A DNA stretch of 63,519 nucleotides, filler included, from Reclinomonas americana ATCC 50394 (lineage: Eukaryota): NCBI GenBank assembly GCA_048213135.1. It is 6 parts of 4 records of this genome, joined end to end, with 100 filler letters (N's around TTAATTAATTAA, not from the genome) between each part and the next. Parts side by side here need not be neighbours in the genome. Positions count along the whole stretch, not along the records: positions 51,762 to 59,156 come from PS015318.1; positions 59,257 to 61,762 come from PS015319.1; positions 61,863 to 63,519 come from PS015324.1; 3 more parts are not named here. One strand, given 5' to 3'. Numbering within the stretch: the stretch's first letter is position 1; the number at the start of each line of letters is the position of its first letter. A model generated the notes under the pieces. The model had not been told where the DNA came from. It saw nothing but the letters and a program-made list of their open reading frames with translations, and searched no databases. Made by a program: the position numbers and the translations under genes. This document shows, piece by piece, positions 52,931 through 63,519 of this stretch.

Positions 52931-55554
52931 AAACACTCACCCTTCAACATTCGCAGCTGCTGTATCCAGTCTTTGTGGCATCGCCGACCACCTCCCTCAC
53001 GCCGCTCGACCTCTTCAGTCGCCTCCTGTCCATCCTCTTGTGCATCGTGGGCGCGGCGGTGAGTACCGCAACTCCTCCATACACCATCTCCCACTCTCTT
53101 TCCTCACTCACTCACTCACATGCAGGTGTTTTGGCGCTATCGGAAACACGATGCACTGCGCACACGATCAGCCTTGTTGCAGGTTGCCCAGGTGCGTCGC
53201 GGGGTGTGAGTGACTGTGTGTGCGTGAGCGCATAGTCCATCGCGTGCTGATGTCGTCCACTGCAGTACGTGCTTGGCGGCATGCTCACCCTCGTCGTCTT
53301 CATTACGGATTTCTTCAATGATCACTCGCCTCCGGGAGTTGCGTCCACCACCTCAGTCGCAGAGTGTACCATGCTGCTGATGTCATGATGGTGGTGTATC
53401 ACTCACAGTGGCCGACGTTGATGGAGGGATGGGTGCTGTTGCCGTTTGTTCTCAGCATTCCGGTGGTATGTCGTGACATCAATGCTTCTCTGCAGTCGTG
53501 TTTCTTACCCCAGTGGACAGCTGCGCGGATTCCGCGTGTTTCTCGCGTGGCGGACATCGAAAGCGTTTGTGGCCGCCGCCTTGGTCAAGAGCGACACGAT
53601 CAACGCGGCGGACGAGGCCGTGACCAGAATGCGAGGCCGTCTGAATCGGAGATTTCGGTGAATGCTCCTCATCTCGTGCTCATGTCACACACACTTTGCG
53701 GGGTCTCACTGGGTTACAGGGAAACGTACATGCTTCTGCTATGGCTCCCGCTGCTGATATCGCCATTTGTGGTGCGTGGCAAGTGTCTCTCTGCATGCGT
53801 GTTTCACCGTTGTCATCTTCGTCTCCAACATTAGGCCACATTCATTGCACTGATGATCACTGCGCCGTCCATTCCGAACGAGGATCAACTCTGCTACACT
53901 GTCAACTCGCTGTGCTCTCTTCTCACGTACATTCGAATGATTACCGTGGAGGCCGCGTCTGTGGTACGTGCCTTATTCTGCGGGAAGAGAGGAGGTCGAC
54001 TGTCTCTGATCTCGGGTTCTGTGCAGGCACTGTTCTTCGGCGCTCTCTACCTGTTTATGGTGTGGTTTCTGCTGCGCGGTGTCTCCGATGCGTTTTCGAT
54101 TGCCACCGAGTTGCGTGATGACGCGGTNNNNNNNNNNNNNNNNNNNNNNNNNNNNNNNNNNNNNNNNNNNNNNNNNNNNNNNNNNNNNNNNNNNNNNNNN
54201 NNNNNNNNNNNNNNNNNNNNNNNNNNNNNNNNNNNNNNNNNNNNNNNNNNNNNNNNNNNNNNNNNNNNNNNNNNNNNNNNNNNNNNNNNNNNNNNNNNNN
54301 NNNNNNNNNNNNNNNNNNNNNNNNNNNNNNNNNNNNNNNNNNNNNNNNNNNNNNNNNNNNNNNNNNNNNNNNNNNNNNNNNNNNNNNNNNNNNNNNNNNN
54401 NNNNNNNNNNNNNNNNNNNNNNNNNNNNNNNNNNNNNNNNNNNNNNNNNNNNNNNNNNNNNNNNNNNNNNNNNNNNNNNNNNNNNNNNNNNNNNNNNNNN
54501 NNNNNNNNNNNNNNNNNNNNNNNNNNNNNNNNNNNNNNNNNNNNNNNNNNNNNNNNNNNNNNNNNNNNNNNNNNNNNNNNNNNNNNNNNNNNNNNNNNNN
54601 NNNNNNNNNNNNNNNNNNNNNNNNNNNNNNNNNNNNNNNNNNNNNNNNNNNNNNNNNNNNNNNNNNNNNNNNNNNNNNNNNNNNNNNNNNNNNNNNNNNN
54701 NNNNNNNNNNNNNNNNNNNNNNNNNNNNNNNNNNNNNNNNNNNNNNNNNNNNNNNNNNNNNNNNNNNNNNNNNNNNNNNNNNNNNNNNNNNNNNNNNNNN
54801 NNNNNNNNNNNNNNNNNNNNNNNNNNNNNNNNNNNNNNNNNNNNNNNNNNNNNNNNNNNNNNNNNNNNNNNNNNNNNNNNNNNNNNNNNNNNNNNNNNNN
54901 NNNNNNNNNNNNNNNNNNNNNNNNNNNNNNNNNNNNNNNNNNNNNNNNNNNNNNNNNNNNNNNNNNNNNNNNNNNNNNNNNNNNNNNNNNNNNNNNNNNN
55001 NNNNNNNNNAGAGAGACAGAGAGAGAGAGAGAGAGAAAGAGAGCTCACCAATGGAGAGCAGGTTGTTTGGGAATAGTGAGGCGACGCGGGCAAAGGCAGA
55101 CGCCTTGAGGAGAGCATCAATGAAGAGCACATGTTTGAGAGAATTGAGGCGACCTCTGATGCCGTGAGCGAGAATAAAAGCAGTATACGAGGGTCGTGAG
55201 TGAATAAAAGCAAAGCACTGTGTCAGAGGAACCTGATGTACAAGCGATAAAGACCGTTGTGGTGAAAGAAGAAGGGAGAGAGAGGTTTTGGTGATAGACA
55301 AGAATGCGGAGTCGCGGCTGAGCTCATTTCCTTCGTCACTCACTTCCCGCAGTGTTCGACGCCGCGCTGCTGTCCGTGGTCCGCCTGATGCGCTCCGACT
55401 CGTTTCCTGTTGCGTCTCGTCGTCCTCGACTGTGGAGTGCCTTCTCGTGTTGATTCGCCTTCTCCATCTACAGAGGTTCCTCAAATCACAACTTTACCGC
55501 GATCTCACCGCCGAGTCGCTCGAGAGGCTCGCCATGACCGCCAATCTCATGTAA
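52739..55554 (+). CDS. 7TM-RGS protein, copy 3 (more diverged; middle lies in a gap)
   Basis: Starts MSVAPCPTWGDVQAVI. TM1-5 up to VSDAFSIATE, then the gap, then VFDAALLSVVRLMRSDSFP|RFLKSQLY..NLM*. Confidence 0.88.
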
Positions 55555-55900
55555 CCTAAGTAATAATAATGAATCAACTTGTTAATAATGATCACACACA
55601 CAATTGTCGTTCATCAAAAAAAGTAGAGGTGTATCTCAAAGCAACAGCAAAACAGCAGCACTCGTTCCACCGAGCAAACACAGAGTACGGGGGAGAAGGA
55701 AAACAAAACAGGGGAAAAAGGCAGACAGACTCGTCAACATGGCTCTCGCTCGCCTGCCATCTACGGACACAATGACGTCGCACCATTGTGCAACCCGTGC
55801 CGATTTTCAACTTAAAACAGTGACACTAAAACGAGAAGAAAAGCAACCAAAACACCCACACATACAGAAGAGGCGTCCAAAAAGAAGAAAAAGAACAAGA

Positions 55901-58631
55901 TTAATCTGCAGCCGATGATGGAGGTGGCCCGTCGTCGTCGGCCGACATGCTGCCACTGGCACTCCCACTACCTGACGGGAAAGCGTCGGCCTCATTCGTG
56001 CGGCTTCCTCTCCTGGACGATGGCGGTGAGCAGAAGCTCGTCGGGCTCTGCGAGCTCGGCGTCGATGGCGGCGGTTGTACGCTCCGCAGCACCTCCAGCG
56101 GGTCGGGATGGTCCGACATCTCCGCCTGCACCAGCGGGCCAATGTCGCTCCAGCATTGGCGGTTGCGACGCATGATGGCTCCGAGGCCCTGTGAAGGCGA
56201 AGGGAAGGGGGAGGGAAGGGGGAGGGAAGGGAGAAGGGCGGGCAAGGGGGAAGGGTGGGTAAGGGGAAGGGGGAAAGGGGAAGACAAGGGGGAAGACAGG
56301 GGGAAGACAGGGGGAAGACAAGGGGAAGACAANNNNNNNNNNNNNNNNNNNNAAGGGGAAGACAAGGGGAAGGAAAGAGGGAAGGAAAAGGGGAAGGAAA
56401 AGGGGAAGGAAAAGGGGAGGACAAGGGGAAGACAAGAGGAAGACAAGGGGAAGAAAAGGGAAGACAGGGGGAAACATGCAGGACGACGAAAGGAAGGGCG
56501 CAATCGGGGAAACCGATGGAGAAGACAAAATGGGAGAGCAATGATATCAGAGGACACGAGGAAAGGAAAGTGGCGATTGCGGAGACCGAAAACGGGAAGA
56601 GACGATGCATAACATGAGAAAGCAGCAACGACACGTGGACGACGACAACACGGGAAACAAACAGAAGGGTAGAGAACAGAGAAGATCGTTTCATACACAG
56701 ACCTCCAGCGTGGGCACATTCGGGAACGCTTGCGGAAGCAAGTCAAACAGCGGCGAGGCAACAAAGTCGATAAAGTTGATTTGCATTTTGATCACATCGG
56801 TGGTGTCGCGGTCCATCATGGGTGAGACGGGGAGGGCGCGTTTCCGTTCCTGAATTGTGTGCGAGGATGAGGAGAGAGAAAGAGAGCACAGCAAGACCAA
56901 GCATCGCATCACACATAGACAGACCTCGTCGCCCTGATTGAAGAATTCGCTGACGACCTTCACGGCCCAGTATCTGGCCGTCTTGAAGGGCCGTGAGGCG
57001 TTGGAGATGTCGGCGAGCTTCAGAATCATTTGCATCACTGTCTGGCGGTCCTCCGCACTCGTGACAGAGAGTGAGGGCTGCGAAGAAGGGAAGAGAGACG
57101 TGAGCACCGAGAGACAAAGAGGGAGAACCAACAAACATGCCCTGACACACGATGCTCACTTGCACAACCACCCTCCATAATTGTCTCTCTCCCCTTCTTC
57201 CCTCCCATCCGCTCACCTCCGACAGAATGCGATTCTTGAACTTGCTAATGTACTCAAAGTGGTTGGACATGTCGGTGGCAAGGATGCAGGCCACCATGTT
57301 CCTCCTGAACTCCTTGAAATCGTGCGGATTGAGGTCTTCCAAGAAGTTCATGTGGTCCTGACGGAGCATGGAGAACGCGGTGGCGGCGTGGTGGTTTTCC
57401 AGCACGCTGTGATCTGCGCATGCCGAGAGAGATGAGAATGGACGGACGTCTTCACACATCGCCCACTCGCGCAACCAACCATTGTACCGAATGGCCAAGT
57501 CGGTAATGGCATTGGTTTGGAAGTTGTTGTTGAGACCAGGATGATCCAAATCATGGCAGAGGGCGCTCAGCATCAGCGTCATCGAGTCGAGGTCGGTGAG
57601 ACATTGTCGAATCGGGTCGACCATGAGGCACGCAAAAACGAACTGCCGCGAAACACACACCCGATGAGCACTCCATATCTAGGCACAGCGTAAACACAAA
57701 CACCACATGGACGGAACCTGCGTGACGTCCATGGCATGGATAAAATTGTGGTACGGATTCCGATTGTACTTGCCCATGCACGTGCGCGTAAATTGTGTGA
57801 AGCGCTCCCTCCGGATCGGGAACAGCGTGAAGATGTTGAGGGCCGCAAACATGTCCGACAGCGATGCGCACAAATCTGTACGTACACACAAGGCGTTTCA
57901 GCACCCCGTCGACCGATTCCCACCCCTTCCACTTCTCCTGCCACTGCTCACCAACATCATGGTACTTGGTAATGTCAAACGCAAACGATGACAGCTCCGA
58001 CATGGGAATTGTGCACTGCGGCAGCATGAGGTTCGGCGTGGAGCTGGTACGATTCCGCCGGTGATACGCCGGCGGCGCACGTGAGCCTCGTCGATCGGCA
58101 ATTGCCGGCACACGGAATGTCACGGGCGAAGAGCCGCTGCGTCCACTGCCCACACTGTGGGTCGGCGACAGGAGGGAGGACTCGTGCGGTGGTGGTTCCA
58201 GCAGGGGACTGTCGAATGCGGAGTGAGCAATGAGATTCTCGACTGTGCAGAAATATTTGGTCGCCAACCACACACCTGCCAACCGACGATCCTCGTTCTG
58301 TCAACGTGCTGTCCACTGTGGTGTTGGGCGTCACACTCCCACTGGCACCAGCGGCAGCAACCGCGCTGACTGACAACGCCGCCGCCCGACTCACGACCGG
58401 TGTTCCCGCCCCCGAAGTGGGCGTGGTGAGAATGGTGGTGATGGTCGGCGGCGCTCCACGTTCCATCGTGAGTCGCATGGGGCTCGGGGTCGGTGATCCC
58501 AGGCCGCTCAGCTGCTCGTCGTCCACCGAGGCGTCGGTGGGTGGTGGTGGGTGGGGTGGGGTGGTCAGCGTGGTGTCGAGGAGGGCGTCGGCCTCTTCCT
58601 CGTCGTCGGAGTCGCCGTTGTCCGAGTCGTA
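55901..58631 (-). CDS. Class I 3',5'-cyclic nucleotide phosphodiesterase; 5' end missing
   Basis: YNRNPYHNFIHAMDVTQ, ALCHDLDHPGLNNNF, SVLENHH, ILATDMSNHF, LKLADISN, EFFNQGD and QINFIDFV are the PDEase_I catalytic motifs. Confidence 0.95.
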
Positions 58632-59257
58632 CTATGGAGGGAAAGGGATGAGGAGAAGGGAGAAGGGGGGTAAAAGGGAAGGGGGGTAAAGGGAAAGGGG
58701 GTAAAGGGGAAGGGGAAAGGGGGGATAGGTATAAGAAGAAGGGAGAAGGGGAAGAGGATGGGGGGAAAAAGGGGGAAGGAGACGAGGGAAGGAGGAGGGG
58801 GAATAGGGAGAGGGGAAAGAAGGCAAGTCTCAGCTAACATGTAGAGAGGAGCCCAGAACAGTCCCCATGAGCAATCATGACAGAAGAGGCTGGCTACAAG
58901 GCATATGAAGCGGAGAAGAGCATGGTAAGCGCGAGTGAGAACTGAAAACTGAGATATAGAATGACAAGGTATGAATAAAACACAACTGCGAGACTCAGTC
59001 TCACGGCAGACTGGGCTGAGTCGCAGCGAGGAAGGCAGGAAACACGAGAAACGAACAAATCGGGAGGGCGGGAGAGAGAGAGGAGGGCAGGGAGGGAGGA
59101 AGAGAGAGGGAGGGAGGGGAGAGAGAGGAGGGAGAGGAGGGAGAGAGGAGGAGAGANNNNNNNNNNNNNNNNNNNNNNNNNNNNNNNNNNNNNNNNNNNN
59201 TTAATTAATTAANNNNNNNNNNNNNNNNNNNNNNNNNNNNNNNNNNNNNNNNNNNNT

Positions 59258-59990
59258 TCTGCAAGATCTAGAGAAACCACGGCTCAAACAAACAACAATT
59301 CATTCACCAACAAACAAGCAACAGCTGTCTTGATGACCAAGTTGACAAGCATGGATTTGACGCCGAATTCCACAAAGGAAACGAGAAAGATAGCAAGAGG
59401 TGTTGGTATCAGAAGACATATGTAAAACCAACAGAGCCAGGCAACGTGCAATTAAGTCCGGGAAGGAGTTGAGGTGCAGTTGAGTGGTTGTCGCTGATGA
59501 TGGTGTTGCTCACGGGAGTTGTCACTGCCGCCTGTAGCTTTCCAGCTTGCGAATTCGCTTGTAGGCCAACAGAGGCATGCAACTGCATTGGTTGCCAAGT
59601 CTTGTCCAACCCCAATGCCCCAAACCTTGACGGCGTTGTAAAAAATGCTTCGAACAGTCGAAAAACCGCACCGGTTTTTTCTGTCTGGATAGTCTGGTGG
59701 TCGGCCGGTGAATTCGAAAGCCGCGTAGTTGGTGTTGCATATGTGCTCTGATACCAACAGCACTTGCTATCTTTCTGCGTGCCTTTGATGGATTTGGCTT
59801 GCCGTGGTTTCTCAATGGGCTCACTGCTTTGCCGAGAGCGAACATGTGCACACTAGAAACCGGCTGCTGCCTCAAGATTGGTGTCTGTGTGTTGGTGTTT
59901 TGGATACGGTTGAACTTGGTCATCAAGACAGCTGTTGCTTGTTTGTTGGTGAATGAATTTGTTGTTGTTACTTGGTCATCGAGACAGCCG
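59258..59990. mobile_element. Foldback/MITE-like element with nested inverted repeats
   Basis: Perfect 47-bp inverted repeat at 59297-59343 / 59913-59959, and an imperfect inner one at ~59362-59432 / ~59728-59797. Copies of the outer arm occur elsewhere in the window. No target-site duplication is identifiable. Confidence 0.55.
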
Positions 59991-60019
59991 CCGCTTGTGT
60001 GTGGGCGAATGCATTCCAG

Positions 60020-61762
60020 CTAGCCAATCACCCAGCGCTCTTTCGAGCGACATACAGCGCGCACAGAATCCTGCTGCTGTTGACCTGCTTGACTGCGAAC
60101 ATCACAGAGCAACCCGTCGCCACCATCGCGTGATGCTCCACTCCCTCTCCCTCCTTCGCCCTTCTCTTCCACATCCATTCACTCCCCTCACGTCTTCCTT
60201 CTCAACCCGAAAAACGTGCCCGTCACCACATAAACAACCTTGATGAGCGGCACCATCGTATCCTGTGGCCTCTGAGCGGCAGCGGCAGCAGCCGCATCGG
60301 CCAGCGAGGCGACCGTGGTCGACCGTTGCAACCGGCGCAGGCGAGTCATGATGACGAGTTTCATGCCTTCCGGCTTTTCCGCGTGCTGTTCGCACACGCG
60401 GTCGACGAGATCGGTGGCGGCGTGCAGCGAGATCCAACCGGGGCCGAGCATGTTCTCCGATTCGATGGCGCTCGGTTGTTGGTCCTTGGCCGCCAACTGT
60501 GCGACGAAAGAGAGAGAGAGAGTGAGCGCCACAAAGGGAAGAATATATTGCGTGGAGACATAATAACGCACCTCGCGAACGCGCTGTAGTATGAACCGCA
60601 AAACACCAAAGACGCTGCTGTGCTCCGCATCAGGAACCTGCAAACACGGTCAGCAACTGGAGGCATTGCTCTGTATGAAGAAAGAGGTATCGACAGACCT
60701 CCACGAGCTGAGCCAGCAAATCGATGGCGTCGGCCACTAATGTCGGTGCCTTGCGCCACACGTGCAGTCCCTCCAGCAAGTGGACCACCGAAGCCGCGGT
60801 GACTCGGTGATCGCCAACGTCGCCCACATGTCTCTGCACGTGCGCTTGTCAGCAACAAGTGTCGTTTTCTCGCTCTCTTTGGCTAATCTGTCGACTCACC
60901 GCCAGCACCGCCAGCAGCGTGCCCATGAACCAGTTGGTGCCGCGTCCGAGGTCGTCCATGTCGCGCAGTTCATCAAATACTGTTCGACGAGGTGAGATAA
61001 GGCCACCGTGATGACTTTGCATTCGAGGAATGACTCACCCCGCCGTGTGACATCCACCACCTCACGAACGGTGCACGGTTCTCGTTGCACGGAATCCGAC
61101 AGTCGCAGCGAGAACTGCACCGAGAGAGGAAAAAAGCATGTCAATGACATAAGCTCGCTCCCACACACTCTCTCCGTTGCCGAATATCGCACCTCAATGA
61201 GTGATGGCAGCCGTTCACCGTCTGAGACGACTGGCAGCCACTCCCCAATGGTGTCCCAGTCCACAACGCGCGTGTATCGGTCGCCATTGTCACGCACTAA
61301 TGACAGCGACTGTTGGGCAGGAGCAATACCGCCAGGTCGCCGATACGTCGAGCTGCTGCGGAACTGCTGCACTGCGGTGTCCCACCACGCAGTGCCCGTC
61401 ACGTCGCCCTCCATGTGCAAGGTCGCCGGCTGTGGCAGGAATGAGTCGCAGTAGAGGAAGAGAATGCAAGGACAGAGGGAAGACGCACAAGCAGCACAGT
61501 TTGTGAAGCTGAAGACACGAGCGATCCGGCTGGCCGGTTGCCTGACGCGCTCCCACCATTTGCGCTTCCACTAGAGCTGCTGCCGCTGCCGCCTCCGACG
61601 GCACTCCCATTACAGCTACTGCTGCCACTACTGCTGCTACCACCACCACCACTGCTGCTGCTGCTGCTGTTGCTAGTGCTGCTACCGGCTATGCTGGCTG
61701 TGGCAAGGAGCGCCGCCGCGGAGCCACCACCCGACGCCAGCGCATCCTCCAGCTTCTTCACG
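60020..61762 (-). CDS. Hypothetical protein, partial; Ser/Gly-rich tract followed by a helical region
   Basis: Coding-like segments separated by short GT-AG introns (..LLAQLVE|VPDAEHSS..QRVRE|LAAKDQQP..). No family recognised; 3' end uncertain. Confidence 0.5.
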
Positions 61763-61862
61763 NNNNNNNNNNNNNNNNNNNNNNNNNNNNNNNNNNNNNN
61801 NNNNNNTTAATTAATTAANNNNNNNNNNNNNNNNNNNNNNNNNNNNNNNNNNNNNNNNNNNN

Positions 61863-63212
61863 TTAGATTTATGTGCGTCTCCACCCGTCTCACTGCAAGC
61901 TCTCAGGACGGCTTATGCGTGGAAGATGTCGGTGACATGTACTTTCCGCGACTGATGCGCGCGTGTATGGAAGTGGTGGAGTGGCGGACTGCCGAGATGT
62001 TGCAGAGCGACGCCTTTTTGCACGCGAGTACGGCAGCAGTGTGCCGCGTCTTGTCGCACGATGTCATGTCGGTGCAAGAGGAGCAACTGTGGGACGCAGT
62101 TGTTCGCTGGGGCTGGTGAGCGGCGAGTGATTGGAGAGATGAAGCGCTCTAGATCTGACTAACTTAGCTTGCTCGTTTCGCGTGCAGCGCGCGTGCGAAC
62201 ATCTCGTTCGCCACCACAGTGGCCAGCTGGACTGATGACGATCGTGCACGGTTGCGACAGGAGCTTGAACAGCCGCTGTCTCACATTCGCCTGTTTCACA
62301 TGCCACACGAAAGGTGAGTACTCGTAAGGTGCAGATGATGGCAAGAGCTCATCTGACGCATTGCATATATCTTGCAGAATCGCCGAAGTGCGCGACAGCC
62401 AGCTGATTGACTCGGGGCGACTTCAGCAGTGGCAGCTGTACGTTGTCGATTCAAGATCGGTTGACCGCGGACTGGTGCCGCCGGCGCGCAGACCTCCAGT
62501 CGCGATCGTGCAGGAGACGGATATCGAAATCAGTATCGACATGGATGTCGGTGCTGTCAACTACACCAGCACGGTTCCGTGCCCCCGCTGGGATGTCAAT
62601 CTCTACTACAACCTGCCCAGCAAGCGCAGTTGTTTTGACTCTTGCGGGTACTGCTGCGAAATGACGTGCCGCTGCGTGCTCTTCTGCGACTGTGGCAACC
62701 CGTGCCGCGATTGCTGCGACTGCAACGGGTGTTCCAAGTCGTGTGGAGACTGCTGCTGTGAGGGTTGTTGCTATCCGTGTGGGCGCGGCTGTGCGGTTCG
62801 CTCTCGACGGTGTGGGAGAGGCTGCGCTGCGTGTACTCGTAGTTGTTGCCAGGGTTCCAAGAGGTGCTGCAGAGGCTGTGGTGCCTGTACGAGCGAATGG
62901 TGCAGGAGATGTGGTCATGGCAGTGGTGTGTGCTGTAAGAATTGCCTTCGTTGCTCGGGCGAATGTTGCGAAGGCTGCTGTGAGTGCACGGGTGACTGCT
63001 GCAAAGCCTGCTGCGAGTGCACTGTTGAAAGCATCGACAAGTGCGGTGCATGCACCAAGGATTTTTGCGAGCACTTAAGCGACTGCTGCCGGAGCTGCTC
63101 GCCGCATTGCCTGAAGTACACCGGTATTTTCTGCAAGTACTTTTGGATTGTTATTGGCTTTCTCATCTTGATTGCTATCTTCGTGTTTGTCGGGATGTTC
63201 GGTGGCAAGTAA
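61863..63212 (+). CDS. BACK-domain (BTB-associated) protein with a Cys-rich repeat region and C-terminal TM anchor; 5' end missing
   Basis: CMEVVEWRTAEMLQSDAFL..VLSHDVMSVQEEQLWDAVVRW..LRQELEQPLSHIRLFHM is BACK-like. It splices into a last exon with ~54 Cys and ends YFWIVIGFLILIAIFVFVGMFGGK*. Confidence 0.75.
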
Positions 63213-63519
63213 AGTGTGTGTGTGTGTGTGTTCTGTGCGGTTGTGTGTATTGGAGGGTGGGTGTGTTTGATTGCTGATTCTTGTGAAGACTGAAATCTGC
63301 ATGCAGAATCTGTATCTTTAGATTTATCAATTGGTTTTCGAAAACAACAAAACACTTCATTCACCACATTCCAATAATGCGACAAATGTCCACAAATCCC
63401 TTGCCGACGATGACCATTGGCACACCAACAATATAAAAAACACATAGATAAATCATCTCCAACAGTCATCTTCCCTTTCAGGAGACAAAGCCAATCAAAC
63501 GCGTGTTGGCCTCAAAAGG

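Noticed and set aside
55554..55901. 7TM-RGS array and phosphodiesterase as a functional signalling cluster
   Set aside because: Simple convergent neighbours; no evidence of co-regulation, and such adjacency is expected by chance.

Overview
Draft-assembly window from an intron-dense, microsatellite-rich microbial eukaryote; the lineage cannot be fixed from sequence alone. It has many N gaps, five artificial TTAATTAATTAA joins and TACG-type read artefacts. I spliced genes by hand using reading-frame continuity and family motifs recalled from memory; no database search was run. In order: near-complete SZT2 (-) head-to-head with UFL1 (+), a secreted hypothetical protein, a small multi-pass membrane protein, a coiled-coil+WD40 protein resembling fungal Mdv1/Caf4, two tandem ERG24/LBR-family sterol reductases, a Crinkler/RHS-type NTPase+nuclease gene, three tandem 7TM-RGS genes, a class I cyclic-nucleotide phosphodiesterase, a nested inverted-repeat (foldback) element, an unknown gene, and a BACK-domain protein with a Cys-rich 11-mer repeat and a tail anchor. 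The most striking signal is in splicing. About a third of the introns in fully resolved genes start with GTTGCG(T), the usual GTGCGT consensus shifted by one base, and these donors almost never follow an exonic G, whereas ordinary donors almost always do. This suggests two alternative registers of 5' splice-site recognition in routine use.
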